Positions 1 through 12,200 of a DNA stretch of 64,000 nt are shown in pieces. The notes beneath the pieces were generated by a model. The model was not told the DNA's origin. It saw nothing but the letters and a program-made list of their open reading frames with translations, and ran no database searches. Position 1 is the first letter of the stretch. Each line of letters begins with the position of its first letter. The DNA comes from Amoebophrya sp. A120 (lineage: Eukaryota; Protista; Dinoflagellata), in the NCBI GenBank assembly GCA_905178155.1, contig CAJINV010000015.1:1943730-2007729 (forward strand), in the 5' to 3' direction. A program made the position numbers and the translations under genes.

Positions 1-362
1 GTGCATTTCTCAAACTTGTAGAACATTCAGACGCGACTCCCGAGCTGACTTAGAGACTTTTCAGCTGTTTAACCGTAGAGATCCTGCGTCGCCTGTAGTC
101 GTCCTCCCGCTCTCCCTCCTGCGCCCATCTGCAAGGGTTCGCTGATAATCCGCTGCATCGTTTGCGCCAGCGTCTCCTCCTCTTCGGCTGCTTCTTGTTT
201 ATTATCTCCGTGCTGTTTGCTTTTCTGCGTTTTCCTTTGCGTTGTATCTTCCCCTTCTGCTTCTCTCTTTTTGGACTCTGTTCTTTCTCCTTCGGCGCTT
301 TTCCTTCTCCTCACGTTTTCACTGTTGCTCGCTCTCCCTCTTTGTCCTGCAGCGCTACTTGC

Positions 363-1433
363 TCACTGGTCTTGCGATGCCCCGGCTTCCTTTGAGTATC
401 TTTTATGCCCTCCCTTTGAAAATTCTAATGAGTGCGGCGCTTTTGAAGTTAGGGGGTCTACTTCCGCTCGCACTGGCTCGGCCAACTCCTTTGCTTCTGT
501 CTTTTGCTTTGTGCTTTTCGCTTCCGCTTGTTTTGATTTTCGTGGAGTCGCCGACGTCTCATTTCCTCCCGTGACTTTAGCTTCTTTCCCTGCGCTGCTC
601 CGCGTTATTCCTATACTTATGCCTTTACTTTCTAGCGACGCCCTGGCTTTTGACTGGACGGTCGAGAGCCTGCTGCTTTGCGCGCTACCTTCGTGCTTAC
701 TTTTTTTCGTTTCTTTTTTCCCTCTTCCTTCTTCGCTCTCTTTCCGTTCCTCCCGTTTTTCCTTGTTTGCTGTCGCCCCCTGTTTCGCTGGGCCGTCTCC
801 CTCTGCGGTCACTCTCTGCCTCGTTTTTTTCTCCTTCCACTCCCCTACGCCACCCTGTGCCCTTTGCGTCCCTACCTTATCGACTCCTCCTGCTTCCTCT
901 TTGTCTTCTTGGCCCGTTCCATCTACCTCCTCCCCTTCCCAAGTGTAGTCCCGCAGCTCTCCAGGTAGTATCTTCTTCTCTTTTCTTTCTACTATCGAGA
1001 GCGATAGCGACTGCAATGCTGTCCCCTTTTCTATGTCTCTTATGCTATTTTTCCTCGTGTCATTTCTATTTTGCGCGTCCTCCTCTTCCTCCTTAATCAT
1101 TCTTGCAGCGTTCTCCAGGTCCTCGTCTGCTTGCTTCACCTTTTTCCGCTCTACGAGATGCGCTTCTTCCTCACTTTCCTGCTCGTCTTGCCACTCTTTC
1201 AGTATTCCTCTAGTGTCGCTATTCTCCTTGATATCTTCGGGCTCTTCTATCTTTCTGAGTTCTTCTGGGCATAGTGCTCCTATAGTGAAGTCCTGCCGCT
1301 CAGTCCTTGTCATCTCTGGCCAAGCTTCTACGTCTGGCAGCCCTAGCGCTCCTTCTCCGAAATCATATATCGGCCAGATTAGTGATCCTCTGTCCATCTC
1401 CGACACATCAATGGCGCGCAGGGTCAATTGCAA
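363..1433 (-). CDS. K/E-rich ORF of an unidentified insertion that truncates an introner (possible TE ORF)
   Basis: 356-aa ORF is open right up to the junction at ~1426, where introner-like sequence begins. Composition differs from the host exons. No recognisable domain. Confidence 0.35.
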   Translation of the reverse strand: MQLTLRAIDVSEMDRGSLIWPIYDFGEGALGLPDVEAWPEMTRTERQDFTIGALCPEELRKIEEPEDIKENSDTRGILKEWQDEQESEEEAHLVERKKVKQADEDLENAARMIKEEEEDAQNRNDTRKNSIRDIEKGTALQSLSLSIVERKEKKILPGELRDYTWEGEEVDGTGQEDKEEAGGVDKVGTQRAQGGVGEWKEKKTRQRVTAEGDGPAKQGATANKEKREERKESEEGRGKKETKKSKHEGSAQSSRLSTVQSKARASLESKGISIGITRSSAGKEAKVTGGNETSATPRKSKQAEAKSTKQKTEAKELAEPVRAEVDPLTSKAPHSLEFSKGGHKRYSKEAGASQDQ

Positions 1434-1544
1434 TCATGCATTACAAATCCTTTTGTTATGGTAAATTAGCATTACAAATTTTCTTTCTCATGCTGAGGAA
1501 AGTTGTAATGCATTTATGCGAGTACGATACTTTTGCAATGCATA
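1427..1544. mobile_element. Right half of a family-1 introner (left half displaced by an insertion)
   Basis: Contains GCATTACAAAT motifs and ends CGATACTTTTGCAATGCATA like complete copies, but has no left TAT..TGCAAAAGTATCG arm. Confidence 0.75.
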
Positions 1545-2887
1545 GCATGAGAAATCTCGCAATCTTCCAGACCAAGACATATTTGCATGTGATACGAAGA
1601 TCTCGCTCACCATCTCGCTTGCCTTGAATGTGCAGGGCTGGGATGTTCTTCATAGCGCTTTCATCTCCCATCAACTTCTCGACACCAACCGCAGAAATCG
1701 TAATGAGCCCAGAAATATCCTATGCAAAAGTATCGCATTCGTATTGCAGTCATGCATTACAAATCTTTTTCTTTAAGAAAATTCTGCATTACAAATTTTA
1801 TTTCTTATGCTAAGGATGAAATTTGTGATGCATTTATACGAGTACGATACTTTTGCATTATTTCATAGGAAAGCTGTGCGACATTCTTCGTGTGCTTCTC
1901 AGGTGCATCTTCACCGTTCTTGCCTCCGAGGAAATTGGGAAACACATTCTTGCCGCCCTCATCAGCAGCCAGGATGACGGTTCTTGGTGTTTCGCCGCGC
2001 GGTGCTGCCCTCGTTGCCGACCACAAGCCAAAAGCTTTCAGAATCGTCTCGGCATCCTGTCCGGTACCAAAAGCTTCATCATTTTTTTTCGCTTCCCCGC
2101 ACACAGGCGCGAGGAAGTCGAACTCGCCTTTGGAGGTGATGTCGAAAGCCAGCTGATTCGCCATGCCTTGTAAACCGTGACGACGATCGTGGTCGTCATC
2201 GTCTGCACCCGGCGCATTCCAAATTGAAAAGTTGCGATCGCGAAAATACAAAAGCACCTTCGGAGACCATTTCGCTTTTTCTTCTTCCCCGTCGCCGACA
2301 TCCGGATGAGCTTCGTTACTTTCTTCCCGTGGTGGCAGCTTCGTTTCTTTCCCCTTCAGCCAGACAAAGTCACAGCCTTCGTGGTCGACACCTCCGTTTG
2401 GTAACAGTTTCACGTCCTCGTGCAGCAAGGCGGGCAAATGTAGAACTTCACCCGGAACGAAGTCCCTGGCGTATTCTTCTCGCAGGGTGTAGAAAAGATC
2501 GTTGGAGGGAGGTGGAGGTTCCACTGAAGTCGGCGGACCTGCTGATCCTAGTTCTTCAGCTTGTGGTACAATTGGAGCCCCCGCCCCTGAAAGAGTAGAT
2601 GCGACTGGCGTAGCTGATGCAGCAAGTGTCGAAGTAGTCGCTGTGGTTGCGGCGCTGGCTCCTGTCATTGGCGCTCCCCCTGCTCCTACACTACCAGGAG
2701 GCAATGCTCCTGCGCCACCACTTCTACTTTGGGTGCTCATCACTGGTGCAGCTGCGGGTAGAGGTACACCACGAGCTGCAGGCAAAATTGTTGGTGATGC
2801 TGCTGCAGGTGGTTGCTGGGGCTGAAGAATCCGGGACGACGATGCTGGCGTGCTCACAGAGAATATGGAAACAAAAAAGACCAACAT
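1545..2887 (-). CDS. Alpha/beta-hydrolase-fold (ABHD14-like) protein, degenerate nucleophile, 5' exons
   Basis: Removing introner 1716-1867 joins RTVILAADEGGKNVFPNFL..VAQLS to GLITISAVGVEKL..KNIPALHIQGKRD. This resembles the ABHD14 C-terminal strands (QLPGFVPVAP..KTPALIVYGDQD, from memory). Likely ATG at 2740. Confidence 0.45.
1716..1867. mobile_element. Introner, family 1
   Basis: TATCCTATGCAAAAGTATCG ... CGATACTTTTGCATTATTTCATA; flanks AGAAA/GGAAA; removal restores the frame. Confidence 0.85.
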
Positions 2888-3595
2888 CGTCGCGATCTAG
2901 GGTCGGTTGAATTTCATGCGAGGAGTGAATAGCTATAACTCCTATTGCTGAGCTGCGGAAGTTAAAACTTTGCGCCGGGAAAGAAAATCGCCCGCATCAA
3001 AAATTTTTTTGCAATTTTCAAACTTTCCAAAACCGAAGCTGTCGCGACTTGGGAAATCGGCCAACGGCCAACGGCGAATCGGCCAACTCCCATCGCAACT
3101 CGCAAAATTTTGCAACTCCAAATATTCTCCGGCGAATCGCCCAACTCCCGCGAATCGCCCAACTTCCGTCGCAGCTCGAAACTTTTTGCAACTCCAAATA
3201 TTTTAGGACTTGAAATATTTGGCGCGTCTAGATATTTCGCAAGACCAAATATTTGGCGAGTCCAAATAATTCGCGACGCAAAATATTTCCCATCCCCGAA
3301 CATTTTGCGCTGCTGAGTTGCGAAAGTTAAAATTTTGCGACGGGGGGAAAAATCGCGCGCGTCCGGAGTTTTTTTTTCAAGTTTTAAACCTTCATGACCT
3401 GTCTTCATCTGTGAAGCCGTTCGCGCAGGTGCTTCTGATGCTGCGCCGCGCTTCTATGCTTAACGTTCCTCACTCAGCTCCTTTCTTTTGCTGGCGAAAA
3501 ATTTTGTGGCGCGAAATTTCGAACGCGCGAAATATTTTGGCCGCCAAAATTTTTTTCCTGGAAAAGAATTTTCGCGCGCGGTATTTTAACCGCCG

Positions 3596-3805
3596 AGAGC
3601 CCAACTCCCGTCGCCCGACTCCCATCGCCCCACTCCCATCGCCCAGCTTCCATCTCCCAGCTCCCATCTCCCAACTCCCATCGCCCGACTCCCAGCGCCC
3701 AACTCCCAGCGCCCAACTCCCAGCGCCCAACTCTCCCCACCCAACTCCGATCCCCAGACTCCCACCGCCCAACTCCCATCGCCCAACTCCCATCGCCCAA
3801 CTCCT
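3596..3805. repeat. Degenerate CCCAACTCCC(A/G)(T/G)CG minisatellite within a ~1-kb A-tract/CGCG-rich intergenic block (~2960-3945)
   Basis: About 14 copies of a ~14-bp unit; further copies near 3083 and 3140-3165. Confidence 0.85.
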
Positions 3806-4074
3806 ATCGCAAAATCTGCTTTCTCAATCGCGTGACTATTTCCGCTGCCAGAGTTTTATTCTGCGGGAAGAATTTTTCAGGCGCGAAGTATTTTTTTTGG
3901 CGGGCAAAATTTTTTTCCGCGAGAAAAATTTTTGTAGTTTAATTTGGGATGCTACGAAAAAACATACAGTAGCAGTTGTACTTCTGTGCCGGTATCATGA
4001 AAATTGTATTCGCAGGAACGCAAGCAATTGTATCAAATCAAAAGACTCGCGTCGACAGCGATGTGTACTTCCCT

Positions 4075-5166
4075 CTAGTAGGCTTGTGCGCATGAAGATT
4101 TTTGAAGAAAACAGAGACAGTGACAAAGTGAGTGACTACTCAAATGCAACACAAAGATCATAGCGACGGGCTTTTCTTTCACTTGAATAGAGCAGGAATC
4201 GCATCTCTCAAGAAGAGCAGCGCCGGGCGGGGGGATGGCATCCGCTTCCTCTTCCCTCGGCACTGCAGCTACTTGCCCACTTTCGCTTCCGGTCAGCACA
4301 TGCGGGTCTTTTTCGAAAAAAGTCGCGGCCACCTGGTCGGATGAAGAAGGCAGCTTTTGCGTTGTAGTTCCTTCGCCCAAGGAGCTCTCTTCTTCCTTGA
4401 TGACGTCTTCATCAGCTTCACGTAGAAAGTTTGTACTACTGCCTGATGCAGGGCGGGGACGGCCAAGTTTTGATGCAGGGCCGGGAACATCATCAACATC
4501 ACCTCTCGACTTCGGGACTTGTGTGTCACCCTTGATTTGCGACCCGCGCAGGTTTCCGCGTTTAGAAGATGAAGATCGGGCACGACGCGCAAACGCCGCA
4601 GGTTGGTTGGAAGTCCGCTCATCCGCAGTGAGCCAGCTCGGGAGAAGGTGCTGAAGCCAGGAGACCGGGGCTGGTGATACTAGCGCTTTAATATCCTCCT
4701 GATTCATCTCGTCATGGTGGCCATGGGATAATTCCGAAACAGAAATCGAATCCGAATCGGCAGTGAGAAGTTCTGAACGCAAATTCTTCGCGTCCTCAGA
4801 GAGATGAAAAGCGACAGGCTTCTTGTTGTCAGCGGACGACCTGGACTGTTTCTCGCCGTGGCCGCTGACATTCTGGCGCGTCTCGGAATTTGTTTTCTCG
4901 GCATGGTCCCTTGTAGCCGCCGCGGCAGGTGGTCCATCTTCTGAACCTTTCGTTGACAGCAAGCTCGATGCGGCGTCATCATTTTTCCTGAAATTCTTAT
5001 GTTCGTCCAATGCATCAGGTTCAATCGCTTTCGCCGTTTGCGTTTTTGTTCCTGCAAGAAGGATGAAAAAGACTAGGGTCGACGCTGCTCCTACTCCAGC
5101 AACTGGACATCGGTTGAAGTTTCTTCCGGATGATCCGGTCATGCCGCAAGAGAACGACACTGACAT
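4075..5166 (-). CDS. Hypothetical secreted or membrane-anchored low-complexity protein
   Basis: 363-aa ORF from an ATG; N-terminal hydrophobic segment STLVFFILLAG, then S/D/E-rich. 3' end uncertain. Confidence 0.55.
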   Translation of the reverse strand: MSVSFSCGMTGSSGRNFNRCPVAGVGAASTLVFFILLAGTKTQTAKAIEPDALDEHKNFRKNDDAASSLLSTKGSEDGPPAAAATRDHAEKTNSETRQNVSGHGEKQSRSSADNKKPVAFHLSEDAKNLRSELLTADSDSISVSELSHGHHDEMNQEDIKALVSPAPVSWLQHLLPSWLTADERTSNQPAAFARRARSSSSKRGNLRGSQIKGDTQVPKSRGDVDDVPGPASKLGRPRPASGSSTNFLREADEDVIKEEESSLGEGTTTQKLPSSSDQVAATFFEKDPHVLTGSESGQVAAVPREEEADAIPPPGAALLERCDSCSIQVKEKPVAMIFVLHLSSHSLCHCLCFLQKSSCAQAY

Positions 5167-6256
5167 TATGGCGCAGGAGTTGTTGGCTCTTTATCTGGGA
5201 GCACCGAGGATTTTCTTGCTATTTCTGCGCTGTGTTGTTGTACCGACGCAATGTAAATGTTTCTCTTTCTTTTTTTGCGCCTGATCGTGCTTGGGGAAAA
5301 AAATCAAGAGTCACTTAAATAAAGGCTTGGTGGATGAAATCGAAGACGCTCTGCCTGCGCCCGATGGGACAAATGGCTGAGCTTTATTCCTCTTTTCTCG
5401 CACAACTTCCTTGTTATACACCTTTCAGAAGTGACACTAATGCTAGTACTACTAGCGGGGGAAAGATCAATACAAAGACAATAAACACAATTCTTTGGGA
5501 AATGACTTCTACCTGTACAACTTCTACCGGGGAATAGAAGAAGCCGATGATACAGCTGTCACTGTCGGAACGAAGATATTCAAAAGAGATTAGTCGTCAG
5601 ATTGCAGAAGCGACTGTGCGACAACGATGCATACTGTGAGTGTGGAATCGCAACGAAAATTTGTTTCCAAGTTGGGGGTGCGATTCATAGAAGAGCGGTT
5701 TTGTACTCCTTTGGAAGCCATCCAATCCAAAACGAACGCACGTACCAACACGATATCTGAAGTGCTGCCACCGAAGATTTAGATTTTGTTTGCGCTAGGT
5801 AAACAAGCAACATAAAACGTCTCGACCGAAGATGAAGAATTGTGCTGTTCTCACCAGACGATACACAAGTACTTAGAAAGCCGAAATCTGTCACGACAAC
5901 CGAAGCTGCAGGTGCTGACGATGAGCGAAAAGAGTCACAACGACAAAATTTCTGTCTACCGAAATGCGGTACGTTTTTCATGCGCGGAACGGAAAGAACC
6001 GAAAAAAATTCTTGCACGTCAAGGTTTCTATGAATGAGAAAACCTCGTGTTAACCTTAACCTACAACCGAAACTCAGTGATATCTACAACAAACAGCCGG
6101 AGCAGGCGAAACCGAAATTTTTCACCAAAGAGGAAAAAGCACGGCCGACGTACGAAAAACCTTTGTTATTCCAATGCAGTGCTCTAGCTCTACCTCTTCT
6201 GCATGCCAATCAATCTTGAATACCCATCATTATTGTCGAGTTTCTCGTCAAAATGC

Positions 6257-9200
6257 TCATCTTCCTCGCAAGTGCGACGCTTCCAACTGAAACAAAATCG
6301 CGCTTTCCAGTCCAAATTCGACAAACAACTGACAGCATCCTGCGCAAAAGTATCGCACTGGTATTGCAGATATGCATTACAACTCTTTTTCTTAAGGTAA
6401 GTCCGCATTTACAAATTTGATTTCTCATGCTGAGGAAATTTGTAATGCATTTATACGAGAAGTACGATACTTTTGCAGTTCATAGACATAGTTCCGCGAT
6501 AAATTCTTCGTCGGATCTTTTCAACATCTCCGTAAACCAGTCCCCCGGCTTCAACGCTTTTTCCTTCGAGCTCAAAGTCGAAAACCGCTCGATCAGATAC
6601 CGCTCGACCATGTTGGACTGGTTGCTGTTTTGGGAAGACGTGTTCATAGTTGGTCGTCTCGTCCCTCGCGTGCTGTGTAGAGCTGTTGCAGTTCTACTCC
6701 CGCCAGCCCGTTCTAGCCTCATCATCTCCAACAGGGCAGTGATCGCATCAGAAATCATCGAAGCCGGAGGTAGCTCGATCGTCTGGTCAATAAACGACCC
6801 CAGGTCCTCGTCCTGATCCTTCTCTAAACTACCCTTTCTTCCGAGAGCAAAATCTAGCCTCTCCTTCCCTTGCGCGTGCTGTTTCAATGGCTTGGAATTT
6901 TTCGAAATCGACGCGACGGCTGTTGTCGCGAGCTCCAACTTCGCATTGTGGACCAGGAGGAAGTGGTGTAAGCCTGCGAACCTCTCTGTTCCGTGGGAAG
7001 TAGCAGTTCTTTGTCCACCACAAGAATGGTGAGTTGCTTGGAGTTGTTGCTTCGCCACAAACAAAGCCATATCCTCCAACAGCTTGGTCAAATGCTGATC
7101 CTCATTTTGATGTTCTCCGTAGTAGCTCGTAGTTTTCGTTCTCTGTTTCTCGTCCCGATGGTAGTTGTAACTACTATGCTGTCCCCCTCCAACCGCCTCC
7201 CTCGTACTCAGCCAGTTTTTGACAAAAGATTCCAAGTGGGAAACAAACACCACCATTTCGAAAAACCAAGAATAATTGCGATTTTCAATTTTTGGGCGGT
7301 TCAGAGTTGGGTCGTGAGGCGACGCGGCGCCCAAGTGTGGGCGACCAACAGCGCCAAGAACTGGTGGCCGCGAAGCCTTGGCGCGGATGTGGGGCGGGAC
7401 CCTTTTCGGGGCTGCTGCTGGCGGTCCGCTTGCTCTTCGACCGAGTTTTAACAAACGAAGCGAAGGCGCAAGGGCTTTGACCGAGATGGACAGCAGATCC
7501 CGCCCGCGAGCTCTACCAGCCCGCCTAGCGAGGGGGGCCCATAATGAGTTACGCCATTGCGCTTGCAACGGCCAGGCCGGGTTTCTGGTTTCGCCTCTGT
7601 GTTGCCCAAATATGGGCTCGGTGGTTATCATGGTCTCGGAAGTAAAAAAAAAGGGAAAACCCGAACCCAGCGCCAGCAGGGGAGGGCGATCAGCCGCGCA
7701 AACCGGATCGGCGAAGGGGTCTGGGTGCTTCCCGGCGTGCGCCTTCCCCCGCCCCATTTATATATTTTCCATCCCCGTGGCCAGCCCACCCAACTTTAGC
7801 AAGGTGGCCCTCCAGTCCCCAGCATGTTCGCCATCCTTCTCCATCTTACCCTCCCCTGCGCACCCAATCCAATGTCTCGAAGGGTGTGGGAAAGCCTTCA
7901 TCCACACCTGCCATTTTGTATGTTGGGTGGGCGCTTTGCCGCGTGCGAAATTGCAAATCGGCAACAGAAAAAAACAGGCCAAATGCGGAAAACCCAGGGG
8001 ACGCGATGCTTCTCCGGGCGGTCGCGAAGGGGCCCAGCGACAAATATCCAGCGTTGAATATGCGCAAGGCCGAGCAAAAAACCTGCAAGGCGTCGAGGCC
8101 GATTCAGGGCCGCAAAAGATGGCCGATCCAAGAATCTTGGTTTTTTCGCGGGCTTTTCTCCCCATCTGGCCAATTCTTGGCCAAAAAGCCGCTTTTTGGC
8201 CAAGAATTGGCCAGAAGGGAGAAAAAAAACCTGGAAAAAACCAAGACTCTTGGTAGGGACTTTGCGCGCCGCCTTGCAAATTCGAAGCGAAACGCCGAAG
8301 AGAAGGCTGAAGAGAAGGCTGATTGCGAACAGCAATTCAACAAAAGAATCACCTGCGCATCCGCGTCAAGCCTTCCCTGCGGCCAGTTCTTCTCGCTGTT
8401 GGCCGTCCGGGCGTTGTCGTTTCGTCTTCGCACACACTGGCCGCGAACGGTTTGCTGCCACAAAACGCAACGCGATGGATCGCTGCGCATTTATTGGAGT
8501 CGAAATGTGCGCGATTTGATGGCACAAAAGTGCAGCATTTGGTGACATAAAAACTCATTATTTGGTAACCAAATAAATTGCGAAATATTATGAAAAAGTA
8601 ATATTTTGAGGGGGAGGGGGAGTTGTTCACTTGTATAAGTTCTTTGTCCATAAGAGAGCTGTCCCCCTCCAACCGCCTCCCTCGTATATCAAAAGCAAAA
8701 ATCCCCCCTCCCCATATCGAAAAGGTATGTTTCCGAAAAATTGCGTTGCTGATTTGAGGTCGCAAATCACATTTGTATTGCAAGAAGACCAGGGCAGAAG
8801 CTTCCGCCCCACTATGGAAGCGATTTGTCATGCTGTTGGGCCTAAAGGGGAGCCGCTTGCCATGCTAAACAACTAGACGCATACGCCCCTACCTAGCCTG
8901 GGGATCTGACTGCAATGCTTTTCTGCAATACAAACCTGATTTGTGTACTCAAATCCAGCATCAGAAATTTCGTTTTGATGTGGGGAGGGGGGATTTTTCC
9001 TTTTGATATCGTACTCAGCCAGTTCTTGACAAAAGATTCCAAGTGGGAAACAAACACCACCATTTCCGGCTTGGATATCAAACAAAAAAAGTTCGTCACG
9101 ATCACTTATGCGCATTTTTGCAATACAAAATTGGCTGTCATGCGTAAAAATGCATAACAGCCAAGCTTCATAGGGGATTTCCCTAGTGTTTCTGCAATAC

Positions 9201-12200
9201 AAGGAAAACTTGTGATGCTAAAAAAATTTGTAATGCAAAACCTGCAAGTTAGTGACTGTGACAAACTTTTTTCTTTCCATATTGGAGAGGGTGATGCACT
9301 TCAGGAAGAAGGATTCTTTCACGATGAACCGGATCCTCTGCTTCAGCTGCTCCTTCATTCTTCGTTTGCTTTCGCTGAGGTTGCTGGTCGGAGGTGTACT
9401 TGTGCGCGGGCGCTGAGTAGTGGAGGTTGATCCATATCTGGTAGCACGCACTTCCGCTTGCTGCTGTAGCCCGACGTGTTCCTCCCGTAAAATCGCGGTT
9501 AAGTGATACTTCAACCCTATGGAAGCGTCAGGTTTGAAATCGACAAAGTTGAAATAATTTGTGATGCAGAAAACGCATGCCAGTTAGAGCCCAGTTTCCA
9601 AGCGGCGCATGACAAATTTGGGTAGAACCGAATTCCAGTCTGTAGTGCTGTTTGGGTAAGGGAGACGCCTTTTGTCGTGCTGCTTTAGCAGCTCTATGTC
9701 TACCCCTCAACAGGCTTGCAATCTGCCTCCCTTGCCTACTCTGCAAGACAGGCATTTTGATTTTGTGGGTTGCATTTTATGCATCGCAAACTATTTCAAC
9801 TTTGACGATTTCAATCCTGACGCTTCCATAAACCCCTCCAAAATCCTTTCGCCGAACTGCAGCCCGGAGCTGGCGAGCGCAAGGAAATCTTCGGAAAAGT
9901 GTATTGCAAGGAAAAATCAACCCTCCCCATATGGAAAGCGCACGCCTCTGAAAATTTGTGATGCAGATTTGTGACCACAGATCGGGTCTGTCTAGCAAAG
10001 AGGCACGCCCATGCTTTCCGCCGAGCTATATGGGCGATTTGTAACGCTGTAAGGCCTATAGGGTAGCCGTCTACCATGCTAGGCGCCTACACCACCAAGC
10101 CACTACCTAGGCTTAGGATCTGCGTGTAGTCCTCTGCTGCAACACAAATTCGATTTGTTTACCCAAATCCAACATCAGAAGTTTCGTTTTGATATGGGGT
10201 GGCGGGATTTTTCCTTTTGATAAAGTGCAAACTGGCGGTTGTTGAGATGATCGTAGGTGGCGCTCTTGCCGATTTTTGCGCAGCCGCAGGCCCAAGGAAA
10301 GCACCAGTTTCTACGTTTGTATCTCCCATGTGTTCTTGATCCACTAGATCTTTCCCTGTCAGCTTTCTGTTAAACCTCGCCCGGTATTCCGCGTCGCAGT
10401 AGCCAACACAAAGCCGCATCGCGTAGGAAAGAGCGTTCAGAGTTTTGAAGTAGTAGATACCAAAAACCGTTTCGTTGAAAGAGATCAAGTTTTCCACCGG
10501 CTCCGAGGCTTTTTCGTACTGTTTTAACTTGAGGAAGATCTTTGCCTGCAACTCGTACCCAAGGGAAGCGACGGTGAACTGGTTTAGCTGTTCCGCCGTT
10601 GCGGTGATTTTAGCCAGCTGGGAAATGAGGTCCGCGGTGGTTGGCTTTGCATTTGGTTGTGGGGCGAGTAGAGAAGACGAGGAAGAACTACTACCTGCGA
10701 TAGGGATAGAAGAGAGGCCGCCGCGGCTGGTCTGTGGTGCCGCTCTAGCACTATGGTCTTCTACCGCGGCTGTAAGAGCCTCCTCCTCAGCCTGCTCCTG
10801 GAGTAACTCGAACTCCAAGCCACAGTATAGGGTTGCGGACTTCAAGGTCGTCGGGTGGGTTTGTCCGAAGGTGGTGCAGATTTTGTCGTAGAGAAGCTTC
10901 GGAAGAAATTTTGCATTGGGAGCAGCGAAATCCTGATGTGCTGCCAGGCTTGTGCTTGCTATAATTGTTTCTCCCGCGGTCGGGGATATTTTTTCGGAGA
11001 AATTTCCGGCATCATCTTGCTGAAAAAAGTCCACGTTGAAGCCATGCAGCACAAGAAAGTGAAGCAGGGGTAAGGATAGATTACTATTTGGATCTTGCAA
11101 ACTCCGCATGACAAACTCTTCTGCGAGTTTCTCCAGCTGGTTTTGCTTCTTCTCCAACACAGAAGTCGTGCTACCAGCTGGCGGCGCTGATGTTCTCGGA
11201 GTCGCTCTTGTCTTCCTACCATTGCTGCTTCTGTCCGTAAAAGCGCCGCTCGCTCCAAACATCAGCGTCAGCATTTCCACTTCCAGCCGCAACGTTTGCA
11301 TCTTCAACAACCCGAGTAGAGTCGTTTTGGTGTTGTAATTGCTGTTTGTTGTATCGCCTGCTCTTTCCAAGTACTCCAAAATTGACTGAACATCTTCCAA
11401 TTTTGACAAAATCAGGTGCGTCGGGACCAACATTCTTTCCGCGGTGACAGAAGCGAGCATCGCACGGACTAGATGGATCAGGTTGGATTTCGTGCTCGAA
11501 GCGGCGATAGTACTGGAGTTGTTACTGAACAAACTATTCGTCAGCATCGTCCTGTCAATCGACAACTTTAGCTGGCAAAAATCTTCCAGTTTCAGCAACA
11601 ACGACGGAGCGGAGCCGCCAGCGAGTTGGTTTGGCATGCTGTTGCTGGCCATGAAGCCAAATTGGTCGTCAAATGAATTGTTCATTTGCGTCGATTGCGC
11701 AATAGAAGTTCTCGGGGGCGGCATTGTTCCACTCACAACGGCGAGACTTACCGCAGAGACCAACTGCCGTTCCGTCTTCACGCCCTGCCCCCTCCCAACT
11801 GCCGCACTGGCGCTCACGATGGAATTTACGGCGTCGAAGGAAAGTTTGCACTTCGGGTTATCCTGTGCAAAAGTATCGTACTCGTAGTTATTGCAACCAA
11901 TGACGCAATACAAATCTCGATCCCGAGGTAAATCAGCATGACAAATTCCATTTGGCGTCCTGAGCTAATTTGTAATGCAATTACCACTGGTGGTGCGATG
12001 CTTTTGCAATTCATACGGGTAAAACCCCGTCAAAATCGTTTTGTCGGCAAAATGCGGCGGCTCGTAGAATTTCTGCAGTTTGGACTGCATTTTGGAGTGC
12101 TTCAGGAAAATTTCCGGCCAGAGGATTCGCTTTGCGCGCGGGGTTATCAAATGTAAAAATGTCTGGGTCTGGAAGAATGCAACATTTGTGATGCAGGTTT

